Of a stretch of 64,000 nt of DNA, positions 44,101 to 56,600 are shown piece after piece. Both the position numbers and the translations under genes were made by a program. Below the pieces are notes generated by a model that was given only the letters and a program-made list of their open reading frames with translations, did no database searches and was not told where the DNA came from. This DNA is from Eutreptiella sp. 'Long Island Sound 2002' (lineage: Eukaryota; Protista; Euglenida): contig OZ038378.1 of NCBI GenBank assembly GCA_964036045.1, positions 16,554,001 to 16,618,000 on the forward strand. Direction: 5' to 3'. Within the stretch, counting starts at the first letter, position 1, and the number at the start of each line of letters is the position of its first letter.

Positions 44101-46900
44101 GTCTCTTCTTGGCCGCTTTGACCCCGTTCACCACGAGCACCTGATTCGCTTGTCCTTCGTGGAGTCCCCTGAGACCCCACCACAGGTGCAATACATGCTC
44201 TGACTCAGGAACAACCGGTAAACCTCTCACGTGAACCAGGCCCAAGACAGCGAGGGTAGAGCTGTCCACTTGGAAGTTGAAGCAATGTTGTAAACACTAG
44301 AGCACAGTGAATCGTGCCAGACGTTGTTGAGCACACTGCTGACTAGCACCAGATCCCCCTTTGCTTGCTGCAGGCACCATTTAGGTCCTAGCACCCGGCA
44401 CATTGGCTGCTTCACACCTAAACACCTCACTGTAGTCTCTTGGTATGGCGATGGCGAGAGGACATCCAAGAGGACATTACCACCGGCGGAAAGCTTGCCC
44501 CAGCCCACAGGCAAACCTTGCAACACTACACGTATAGGCACGTAGTCCCCGGTTTGGAGATGCCGGAGCTTCTGGTCGACTTTCTTCGAGGCACTTGGTT
44601 CTGAACATGCCATCAGCGACCCGCTAGGGCAAATCTTGTTCCCCCTGACTCTGCCATATACTCAATGGGACTTGTTGCTAGGCAACCTTCCAATGTACAT
44701 CCTCCTCAACTTCAGCATTAGGGACGGAGCAACCACCAGAGCTGGCAAAGACTTTGGATAAACCCCACATGGCATGATCTCGTGTAACTTCCGCTATGTG
44801 GGTATTGATATGTGACACTTCCGAGAGAATTGGACCCCCGATTTCCTGTTGATACCCAAACCGCCAGAGAGAAACGAACGCTGACGCGGGAGAGAACGGC
44901 GGTACTGCAACAAACACAAACGACTCCGTTTGTGGGGGTTGAAAGATACTTGTGGCTCTGATGGTGGATTATTCGTGCTTGGAAGAGGGCACCTTTGGGG
45001 ATGAGGGCTCCAACTTTCTGCAAGCCTTCAAGGATCGGTAGTTCCCAAATATCCACTAGATCGGAATGACCATTCGGATCCCTCGTCGACAATACCCTGA
45101 TGTTCTTCTTATACTTGCCTCCAAGCAGTGTATCTCACTGATCTCTGGCCACGAAGAACACCAGCTCACTGAACTACTGCATCATGTCGCGAATGGCCTT
45201 GTAGTCCAAACTAATGATGCCAAACAGCTCCTGCACTATAGTATAAGCATCCAGCGGATCGGCATATTCAAAGCCTTGATTATGTACGCACCGAAGGTGA
45301 TCAGCAACTTTCGCAAAATTTTCGACCGTCATAGCTCATTTGCGAGAGCTAGCCTGCCACTTCTTCAATGTGAGCGAGGCCTATTTCTGGGAAATTGATA
45401 CTGAATTCTGCTGCCTGTGAGCGCCGGATGTGACCGGACCGCCTGCCTCGACATCAACGTCGATGGCAACACTAATACCTCTGCCGGAATCTGCAGGGAA
45501 CAACTCTTGTGATGCCGCAGCAGCTGCGAGTTTGGCGTGTTTGTTGTCTTTCTTGTTGACAGGGGACAGATCGCGTGATGGCAATTCCCTATTCCGCTTG
45601 TCCGCTTCACGACGGCCGCCTGCACGACGATCCAGTGACTATTGCATACAGCTCTTGCAAGACCGCTGCATGAAATCCACGAGGACTTTGACCCACTAGG
45701 CAGCCTCCTGTGCAAAGGGAGTATCCAACCTCTTTTGAAGTGATTCTTGAATCCCGCTAGCTGGCATGAGAAGAAGATGGGCAAGCAGCAATTCTACATA
45801 TTTAATTGCCACTAGATGCTGAAGATAGTCTTCTTCATTGAGAGGGAGTGACTAGCAGGCCGCAAGGAGCTTCTTGGCCTGAAGCTCGACTGGCAAGGGC
45901 ACAGGAGCACTGGGGGCGCTGCTAGGACGATCATCTCCAACATCTGAGGTGACCTATGGAGTATCAAAGTAGAGAGGGCAAAAAGACGACCACAATTTGC
46001 GCTGAACCTCTTTCTTATGAAGGAGCGTCACCGTCCCATCGAACACCATAGTCTGTGTGCCCACCGCCCGGATGACGGCTACCATGCTTTCGATCAAATG
46101 GTATTTACTGGGCAGCTCCTTGAAGCTCTCTTGATTCTTGCGCTTGGCTTGCGAAACTACTGCTTGGATTATCGACTTCTCTTGCGTAGGGGTGAGCTTG
46201 AGCACAATGTCAGACCACTTCATGGTGAGAGCGTGTGGCTTGAGTTTGTGTACAACACTAACCACCTCGGAGTCAACCCGATCAGCCTGGAGGGCAAGGG
46301 ACATGATCGGAGCACGTAGGCTGTGTGGCCGTAGCCAAAGGGCCAACAACTCCTGAACTCCATAGCCTCCTTTTGGGTCCCAACGGACGTACTCTGGTGA
46401 ATCGGGAACATTGCCGAGAGTCCCGCAACCAACCGGAATAGATGCCATGCCGCTCTGTATGACCAAGAAGGCACAAAAGCAACATCATCAAAGGGACACG
46501 TACTGTCAGCACATTGCTGCACAGACGAGATGCATTTACAGCTTGAAGCACGGCAGCAACAGGACTCTCTCCCTGACTTGCTCCTGCACTAGGTTCACAG
46601 CTTGCAATCTGAACTCTAGTTGGCGAGACTCTCTCTTTGACCCAATACAGACCGTTCGTGGGACACATAACAAGGCCCTCACTAATTATAGGCCGTTGCA
46701 CGGTCAGCTTACTGCCAACTACATCAAGGGCACTGCACAAAGACATGCGACCATTGCCCTCAGCACCATGCACCCTGGTTGTTGCACCGCATAGTGTGTT
46801 GACCCGCTCCTGCGATGGTTTGCTTGTCGGGGAGTGCACTAGGCACACACCACAGCTCCAGTCGCACCAGTAGCAGTAGTAGCCATCTGCCTGTAGCAAC
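38170..46900 (-). mobile_element. Decayed non-LTR retrotransposon: ORF1-like region, APE endonuclease, RT, RNase H
   Basis: RT motifs RPIKLMSARYHILAKI (~42200), LFLVLGGAYDEISH (~42000), GVVQGGGLDPLLY (~41830) and TLGCVKNT (decayed YxDD, ~41710). RNase H motifs TLIEATAVLQGV, VWG*CDN and LNRQADSAAK (~39130-39420). APE-like LLGGKY...DLVDIW (~45050-45150). Confidence 0.75.
39555..39673. repeat. (GTA/GTG)n microsatellite, part of a short insertion inside the non-LTR relic
   Basis: Direct reading; adjoins (GATCG)3 and lies between the RT and RNase H motifs. Confidence 0.9.
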
Positions 46901-47149
46901 TAGCCAACCGAGCCGGGCCCAGAGCCCGCGGTGCACCCACGGCACCTCCCCAGGTGAAGAGCATAGAGATACTCCCTTTGAGCCACCATCCAAGCCCCAA
47001 GCCGTGCCCAGGAGGCCCCATTGGAGTGGTGCAGTGCAGAGAGTGCACGTGCTAGGGTAGGGTCACTGGTTCACCTGTGGGTCCAAAAGTGGTCAACAAT
47101 GAGTTTGTCCAAAGTTGTTCCTAGGCCAATTGGGGAGCTCAAACAAGTG

Positions 47150-47420
47150 GATTACAGCTATTTTGAGCCATCTTGGACCCCCATGAGCCCATGCAAGCTC
47201 CAAAAAAAGCCTTGAAAGGGGCATTTTTGGGACTGACAGTGTAGCACAGGGGGTCCGCGAGAAATGCGCGTGGAGGCGTGATAGGTGAGGGATGCGCGGG
47301 AAGTGCTACGGGGCATGTTTCCTCAGAGCACAGAGCCATTTTGCACCCATATGAGCACAGACAAGCTCCGAAAAAGCCTTGAAATGGGCAACTTTGGGAA
47401 TGACATTGCAGCAAAGCGTG
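47150..47420. repeat. Diverged direct repeat pair (~95 bp)
   Basis: GAGCCAT.TTG.ACCC..ATGAGC...CAAGCTCC.AAAAAGCCTTGAAA.GGGCA..TTTGGGA.TGACA occurs at ~47165 and ~47333. Confidence 0.8.
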
Positions 47421-49972
47421 GTCAAGGGTCAAGGGGGAATACGTGGGCAGGGGTGAAAGCAGAGGGGTACGGGAGGAGTGTTGGGAGGCATGTCTCTCGA
47501 GCGAGCAAACGGGACCGAGGAAGGGTTTCAGCGGACCCACTCTTGGAGAGTGGCTACGTGCCATGAGTGAAGGGGATGGCCTACACCCAGGTCTCCTCGG
47601 TCCTGGGGTGCCCACAGAGCCTCAGTATGGCCATGGCGGGAATTGCTTGTGGTTTGCCTGCCACAGTTGACCATCAGCGCATCGATGGTCATTGTGGGGC
47701 ATTATGCGCTCGCCACAGAAAGGTTGGTGGGGATCTTGGCAGCAAGGACTATGGAAGCTGCGTCTGGGGAGACACATTGCGGATGCATTTGCCCCCATTG
47801 TCACCCTGATGGTGAAGAGGTCACGGGGAGCTGAGGGCCTACCCCAGAGGTAGACGTCGGTGCCCATGTACCTCAGTAGCCCTGCTGGGTATGTCTGCTG
47901 CCCCCACCAGCACTGCCCATTGCTGGTCCGGGGTGGCCCAGGACTGGCCTATGCGGCCATTTATTGCCTGGGGTCGGGGACAGCGGCTGGGGGTCCGCTG
48001 TGGACCCATGCTGGATCTTCCTGTCCGGTACCTCTGCCTGGTGGATTCTGTGGAAGTAGGTCCTATGGACGATTAGGACCCTTTGGATGAGCCTCTGTAG
48101 CCCATGCTGTGTGTGTGCCTGTGTGTGTGTGTGTGTTTGTGTGCTGGTGTGTGTTTGTGTGTGTGTTTAAGTGTCTGTGCGTGTGCGTTGGCCTGTGCAT
48201 GTGCAGCATTCATAGTTGTTGAGGGACAAAATGCCGAGGGTGCAGCACAGGTCGAAGCACGCAGTGCGGTGGATCTAGGCTCCCCAGCTCAAAAATGTAC
48301 GCTTCTTACGACCCCAAAACACCGGCCCACAACCATCCGTCCAACAGCGCTGGTTTCAATGGCCTGTGAAATAGCACTAATGCAGTAGGTCTAGTCAGGC
48401 TGGTGCTGCATGGAGTGGATTGTCTGGTCTGTTTGGGGCTGTGATGGGGCCGCCGCGAAATCCCGGCTGCACAAAATAATCAAACATCTCCGGCCCATGC
48501 CGAATGACCCGCATCTGCAACCCAAAAGCCAATGATACTGTGGTGAAAAGCGTTCCAAAACGCATCCTTGTTCACTGTCCTTGAAATGGACCTTGTTTCA
48601 AGTGTTCAGCCGGCATACACCCGCCCCTCAGAGGGCTGCAGGCACCCACAGTGTTAATTCTGCATTCCCAAACACACTGTCGAGGCTGCATATGCCTGCA
48701 GTAATTTAATGATGATTTGACAGGCTCCCAGCACAAAAACGTGCTTGGTGAAGCAAGGTTTCTAGTTTGGTTGCTTTTACGTTATTAGCTTTACTTTCCG
48801 AACGAATGTGTTCATTTTTGTACATGGCAGAACACACCCAGTGTGACACCGTGGTACGCCCAGACTCACCATGAGGGGGGTGCAGAACAACCCCCGGGGC
48901 TCTTCTGCACAGTATGCTGGCACCACCGGGGCTTGTGCCAGTTGGCATCCCAGACAGACATGATGCTGCTTGTTTTTGGAGTTGTGTTCTGTTTTTATGG
49001 CAATAGTCTCTTTCTTACAAATTGATTCACTATTGGTGTTTCAGTGATTCCAATCACTGGATTTTGGCACAAACAACACAAGAACATGCAGAATGAGCTT
49101 TTTCGAAATGTAGAGTTTGCCACAAAAACGTTGAAGAAAGAAGCAACCAGGGGCCCCAAATCAGCCGAGCAACCAAAGCCATGCACCCGATGGATCAAAG
49201 AACAGTGTGCAATCATCCACCACCATTCACAGCTGCTGCTTTGAGCACACTGTCAATTTTTTTGGGAAATTCCACAAGCGTTAGCCAATTTTGCCGGTTC
49301 TGGGGTTTATTTTGCAGGTTTTCCCTAGTTCCGGCCTCTTCTGATCCATCTCGGTTGCCAGGGTCTTCCTCAGGCCTGTTGTGCAAACAAGGGCCTTTGG
49401 TGATGGTATGTCAATTCTGTTGGTATCCGTGCTGCCACATCACGTCCCATACGGACAATGCGTCCCGCATTGCTTTCAGGCCACGGTGGGGCAGCAGAGC
49501 CTGGTCCTCGTATGCGCCCCCCCCCCCTGCGGGGTTTGAAAGATAGCGCTCCCGGCAGCGTGATGGGCAGGACCATAGAACATCTTACTTGGGCCGCAAA
49601 GGGGCCCGGGAAATTTGTTTGTTCTTCAACGGTGTGGGCGTAGGACCAACAAGAATTTAAAGTTGTTCCCCCCCCGGTAGCCCCCTGACCCCCCCCTGCC
49701 CCGGAATTTTTTACAGATCGCTGGGGGTGGTCCGCAGCGAGACCGGTTCCACCCCCCCCCCCCCCCCGGTTCAGGCCTCCTGGCGGGCGTTCACGGACCC
49801 CCAATCCCCTTCTCCTTCTCTTGTCTCCATCCCCCCCCTGCTCTGCCCTCCCCATTCGCGGCTTCTCTTCATTGCGCTCCTCCTCCCCCTTGTACCCAAT
49901 GCCGCACATGGCGGATGCAGCCGACGGTGGGGGGGATGGGGTGGGCCGTTGCACATGGCCCTTCTCCTGCAG

Positions 49973-50604
49973 GACCTCGTGCGTGCAATTCAAGAGATGG
50001 AGCAAGAGATCGCACATCTGACGAGGCCCGAGGTGCGGACCACAGCTGCTGTTGTATTATCTGATGTCTGGGCTCAGGCCAAGGCCCGGGCCCAGGCACA
50101 GACACGGGGCCAGGCACATGCACATGCACATGCATTCGCACAGGCTAGACCTGCATGGGCACGGGCAAAGGCACGGTTGTAGGCACACGCACATATGCAT
50201 TTGGGGCGCATACACGACTCACGGTCACGATTCACGGTCACACGCGGGCACGGGCACAGGCAAGGGAATTGGTGGAAACGCATTGACATGACGATCAAGT
50301 AGTAGCAACACGTGATGCGACGGGATACATGCATCTGCCATTGCCCATGTGCCAAATTGAAGCCCCAGTCATCTTAGGCCGACTTTTCTGCTACACTTTG
50401 TCTGCCTCGATTGTTCCAAGGCTGCAGATTTGGGCATTGCCCTGTCCAGACAAAGCACAACAGTCGCCAATTGTTTAATGTGGCCGTTGGTTTATTGCCT
50501 GGGTGGGCGGGTGCTGGCCAGGCGACGACAGTTGGGGGCTAACCGACTGCAGTCGATGTGCAATCGACGGTGGTTCCTGATTCATTAGCAGCGTTGTTGG
50601 TTGC

Positions 50605-50648
<44 letters not shown>

Positions 50649-53600
50649 CTGTGGCGTGTCAGAAGCCACATACGGGACACCCATCGTGCATTGTGTGCAT
50701 GTAGGGGCTGCCCATGTTCAATGGATACACCAATCCATCCTGGCATGGCATTGACTGTTGCCGCTAGTGCGTCCACCCCCGCCGAGTGGGCTTGATACCC
50801 GTCAGTGGGTGTTCTTCTCTTACGGACCAATGAGGGTCTCTCACAAGGCTATGAGGGTCCCTCAGTTGTCGCTGAGCGTCTTTGAGGGGGTCCCTCACAG
50901 GGCGTGGAGGGTCTCTCAGGGCCAAAATCCACATACCAGGCGCGTCGCATACCCAGTACGCGTATGCCACGTGTGCTCCATGTGACGGCATTTGTGTCCT
51001 GCAACCCCTGCCCCCACCCCCAAAGCCGCACCCTTCCCTCCTCCATGGAGCCAACAGCGTTGGTGCGGGCGTCGAACTATGGATTGCGTCTGAGTGGCCC
51101 CCGACGTGCGTATGTGCAGGTGCATGACCCGCTGGGCTGGTGTGGGTCTGAGGTCGTGTGACCACGTGGCCAACTTGGGCTCTCTGCACCAACTGCTGCG
51201 GCACCGCTACCCTCTCGCCACATTGTGCCCCTCTTTTTACTTCTTCAGGCCGACTGTTCCTCTCTTACCGCGCTTCATGGACGTTTGCATATGAATGCTG
51301 CGCATCCCGACACCGCTGCGGACCGCGGGCCCCTGGCAAAGTCTGGTGTGGGGCTGAGGATGCGTGCGGCGGTGGGTGGGCATACAAATCAACGGTGGTG
51401 AAGGATGACAGTGGATGCATGGGCACCCCGTAAAGTGGCATCCACTATGTAGGAGGAGGGGAGGTTCGTCGGTGGGCTGTTTCTTGGGTTTTGGTGGCTC
51501 AATTAAAGTGGCCACTTGTGATTTCCCCCACCCCTCGGTAGTGCGTGCATGTGAGCCAAAAGAAGGCCATCGCAAGAATGTTGTGGAATTCCCTCGAAAG
51601 ATGTGAGAGACCGGGGCCAATCCGGCTTAAAGTTTTTATGTACATATTTGTTGCACATGGACGTGGGCCCACCGAAACAGGCGCTGGCTTTCGCCACACA
51701 CAATGTCATATCGCACAACTATCTGGGATGGGATAGGTTTCCCATTTGAGGCCTGCATGCACACATAGTAGCCCAAATATCCTCATGCTAATTCAAGACC
51801 ATGGTGTATTGGCCTATGGAGCGTCAAGCAGATATACCGCCGGCACACCCGAGGCATGATATCTGGTGTGTGGTCACAGTACGCTGCACGTGTCGATGCT
51901 TTTCTGAATCTTTGGCGATTAACACTCAGCAGTCGTGATGAAGTGAACAGGGTGCTTCACGGCATGGCTGGGAGCTCTTGTGTGCGTGGCTGAGGTCAGG
52001 GCTGTGGTGGTAATGTGCATTTTTGGCATTTGTCTGGTGCTGGACTTGTCATCGGGAAGGGCGACGTCAACTGCAACGTCCTGAGATACTTCTCTGCTTT
52101 CGCTTTTGGGCGGCCCAAAGCCAGTGCCGTGAGAGTCACATGCAAGTGTTCTCTGACTCATGCATTCATGCCTTTTCTGTGTGCGCGCCCAGAAGGGTCG
52201 TCGGGTTTTCAGCCGCCTGTGGCCCCGCATTGTCGAAGTACAGACCCAAAAGGGTCGTCCGGCGTGTCGCGCACCCACGGGCATTCACGACCCACAACAG
52301 CGACAAGTGTTCAGCAATTATCAACACATATACGAATCTGCAAAACGCTGTTGCGTCAGCGATGCCACTGAGTCATCCACGCCGCGTGTTCCGTGTCGTG
52401 TACGGAGGTGGTGGCAGTTGTAGAGCAGGGCTCTGCATTGCTCTTTCCTCACCCCCGCCGCCTCCCACTGCCCCACCAGCACACTCCACCCTACCGCAGA
52501 TCCTACGGACCAGCGCCCCAAGACACGCACCCCGTCCACGGAGCCGCAGGTCCCGGGCACACCTGCCCGTCCCACGCGGCTGACCGGCGCACTGGACCCG
52601 GAGGCCTATCCCCTGCATCCGGGGATCACCGCGTCCCCTTCGCGACCCTCCGAGAGCCCGCAGTACCCCCTGCACGCCTGCACCGACGCCCTGTCCGCCC
52701 TGGCCCTGCCCTCGCCCTGGAGCTCCGGCAGCAGCCCCCAAGTGGACCCGCGCGGGCCCGCACAGGCCCAGGCCCCACCGCCGCCGCCCCCGACGTCTGC
52801 AGGGGCCCCTTCGGCGGTGGGGCACGCACAAGTGCTCAGGACGTACGCGCCCCGGGGAGCGGGGGAAGACCGGGTGCGTCGGCCTCTGTGCGTACGTTGC
52901 AGTGCACACCATCGCGGGGGGAGGGGGGGGCAGCACCGACCGTGCACCAACGAATGGGGGTGCCTGCAACGAGCGGAGGCCGCGGCGACGTTCTGTGTCT
53001 TTCCCCCCGGAGGAAAGTGTGTGTGGCGGGCGCGGGGACTGGGAGCACACGGGGCATGGCCCTGGACATTGGTGGTCCCAGGTACCCGCCCGCTGTTGTG
53101 GAACACCCGCTCACCCCCGGGGGCACAAAGGGCCCTTGTGCTGATTGTCGCCCGCAGGGCATTGCTTAGTGACAAACCAAAGAAAAAAATTGGTGTCCCT
53201 AAATTCGGCCCCCAATTTCGGGCCCCTCTTATAAATCACCTCGAAGAGAGGTTGTTAGATCAAGCGCAGGCGCGGGCGTCATATACCCCCCTTTTTTGGG
53301 GTCATTCGCGTAGCATACCCCAAGGCATGATATTGGATGTCCAACCCCTTGTAAAATCATTATTTTGCCCAATAACAGCATCCCCCAATGGATTTTTTGA
53401 TTTTGAGGCCTCTACCCCCTAAAACTGGATATCACTTTTTTGAGGGGGGGGGTGGGGGGGGGGTTCAAAAGTTTTTGCTTAATAGTCTACAAGCAGTGGG
53501 GACGCAGAGTGCTCCAACACGGCCAGCGGTCCAGTGGTAACGCAGCCCACGTTAGATAACCTCCGACGTGAAGGTGCACGTTCGAACCCTGCCGTACCTA

Positions 53601-56600
53601 CTTTTAGCGCGGCCGCCGGCGGCGGCGCCAAAGTGGGCAAACTGGGGTTCGAACCGACGCTCACACGGATGCCGCTCGGCCACTACGTAAGGCTTCCCTG
53701 CTGCTTGGGGATCTGCCACTGACAAAAAACCCAAACTGTGTGTATCTGTCTGACTGCCTGCTTGCTGGCTCAGGGACTGATTGGCTGACTGTCAACCTCT
53801 CTTCGAGGTGCACTGCCGAAGGCAATAGAATTTCATTTTGTTCCTCAGGAAAGTTTTTCTGATGTGGGTCGGTCGACTGGGGATCGGTCAGGCCCCCAAA
53901 TGCCCCCCCCCCCCCCCCCATTCGGGTTCGTCTGCAATGGCCTCCTTGCCTCCCCCCCCCCCCTCCCCGGGAACTGTCAGCGGAAGCTTGCCCTGCCTGG
54001 CAGTGCCCTGTCGCCTGAGAGATGGCACGTCAGCCTCAGGGGCTCCTCAGCGGAAGGGGTGTGCAAACGCAAGCACCGCCGTGATGGCCCAAGGCGTGTC
54101 CGTGCAGCGCTCCGACGATGCCTCCGCACTTCTCACGCCAGTCGGCATTACTCCGGCGGCGAGAAGTGTCGTTGCACCGGCCACCCGGCGGTCTCTCGGC
54201 ACTCCGCCAGTCTGGTCCCCCGCTCGCGGCCAGTCAGACTGCCCTGCCGGCGCCCCGTCACTCCATACGTCAGTCGACACTCCGGCGGTCAGGAGCGTTG
54301 CCCGTCGGGCCGGTATGTCAGTCGGCACTCCGGCGATACGGTCCTCCCTCACCGCCTGCCACGTGCGTCTGCATGTGTGCACATCCCACTGACCCCTCAG
54401 GCCTCATGACCACTGGAGGAGTGGCCCACAACAGAGAGACCCGTCTGTGTCGCCTCGCCCTGTCTCAGCGCTGCTGTCGTGAGGCAGGCCGGCTGGCCCA
54501 TGCATCAGCACGAACGTCCCGCGCAGGAAGGCCTGTACCCCGGGCGGAAATCCCGACGGGGCGCCGGTTGAGCCGGGTGCGCCCACCTCCCCAAGAGAGG
54601 CGAATCCGGTGGTCCATAAGACCTGATCAGGCAGGGAGGAGTGGCCCAAGGCCCAAAGCCCTCTCCCCAGGAATGGGTCGATAAGGTAAGCCGTGGTCAA
54701 GGGTTTCCTGGGGAGGTCCCCACGACACTGTGTTGGGAACAATAAGAGGCCTGAGTCAATGTGTCGAAGGGTTTGCGATCGTTGCCGAGTCAGAGCCGAG
54801 TCCTGCAGCCCTGGCCCTCATCCCACACCGTCGCCATGTGCAGCAAAGCGACGCAAGACCCGGATAGGGGACAGCCGCCGTTCCGACTGGACACTTCCCC
54901 CTCTTCCCCCTGCAGAGCCCCAACCAACCGCCTCAGCCCCGACACCCACTGCGACCCCCTCGGCCTGCGGTTGTGCTCCGATTATGTGTTTTTGAAATGC
55001 TCAGAACGATTGGAGAATACGATTTTTTTGCCCCCTCCCCCGATCCAAACCCACAAAACCTCATCCTTGGGACGATGACGATGGTCCGAGGCCCCGGCAG
55101 GTGCCTGCAGAGCGGAAAGTCCACACGCTCCGTTGTGGAAGACTTCCACGAGATCAATCAATCGCATCAAATTGCATCTGTGCCCGGCAATTTCCTTCTT
55201 CGCCCGTTGTGGTTCGGCCCTTGCCCCCTCCAGTACACCCTTGGAGCCGCTGTCGCCTCCCCCCAACAGTTTGCATCGGCACCTCGATGTGGATTGGTCG
55301 AATCTGAGCCGTGGCTGGAACGCACACCAAGTCAGTCATCTGCAACCTTGAGCAGACTGCACAGCTGAGGGCGTGCCTGCCTTGCGCGCGGGCAACAGGC
55401 ATTGTGAAAACTCGGGCAAAGCAGAGGATTCCTGGGCCCCAAAGGGCGCATTCTTGCTTCAAATTCGCGAATCTGAGGTGCACAAATCACATCGCCAGAC
55501 CGTTCCCCCACCCCTGACACTGAGGATTACACCCGCCATCGCCTGCGCACAGGGCGCGCGCAGGGCAAGCACATCTCCCAAGGCCAAGGGCGTGTGGAGG
55601 GCTCAAACCCAGTGCCCCCCTCGACCCCAGCACTGCTTTGCACGGCCAATCTTATCGTTTCAGTCCTCGCAGCAGCAGCCCAGTGACCTCCGGTCGCACG
55701 ACCCTGCGGTTAATGCGGCGGTGCAACACGGTTCCCCCAACTCCAGCGTCAACAAGTCCTTCTCCTCCAGCCAACGCCCTTACGCGAGCAGCACCAGCCA
55801 CTTCCCCAGCGCTGACCACAGCCCGAACCGCAGTCTTATGCTCAGCGACGTCCCAAGCCCCACCCCTTACCCCGTGCCTGACCTCCCACATGGCTCCGGC
55901 GGCCAGCCCTCCACTGCATTCACGGACCTCTCTACGCTCGCCTTCGCCCCGTACCGTCCCTACGCCGCCTCACATCCGCCCCCGCCGCCCCCGGGGCATT
56001 CCCAGCCCCACACCCCCGGCCCCCCCTGCCACAGTGCCCCAGGTCATCCCCCCTCAAGCCCCTCGGCCCAGCACCTGGGCCCCTCCGCCACTGTCCCAAC
56101 CCTCGACCGCGTGACCCTCGGCACGTGGGCCTCGCCCACGATGCGGCAGCCGTCCCCAAAGCCCCACGGCCCGGCCGCGTCGCAGCCCGCGCCTCTGCCC
56201 GCCCTCCCGGCGCAGCCCGGCCGCGCCAGTCCCCCGCGGGAGCCCCGGGCCCCGCATGACGCACTGCAGCGCGTCGCGGGGCATGGGCCACGGTCCGAGC
56301 ACCTGCCCAGGCCACAGGTCAACGTGCTACCGGAGGCAGGCGTCGGTTACCCGCCCAGCGCACGGGACACAACAGGCATGTCCCTCTGCCCCAGCGCGGC
56401 GCCTACAAAGCGCATCCAGTGCCCTCCGAGGGGTTGACAGGGCCCGCCAATACGGAAGTGGGTTGGGGGTTACAAAGGCGGTTGGTGATGGCTGCAACAG
56501 CGGGCGCTGATGGCTACAAAGTGGCCCAGGGAGGTACTCATTGGATGCGTTGGATTTCAGCATTGTTTTCTCTACCCAGCGAAGCACGTGACGGAGACAT

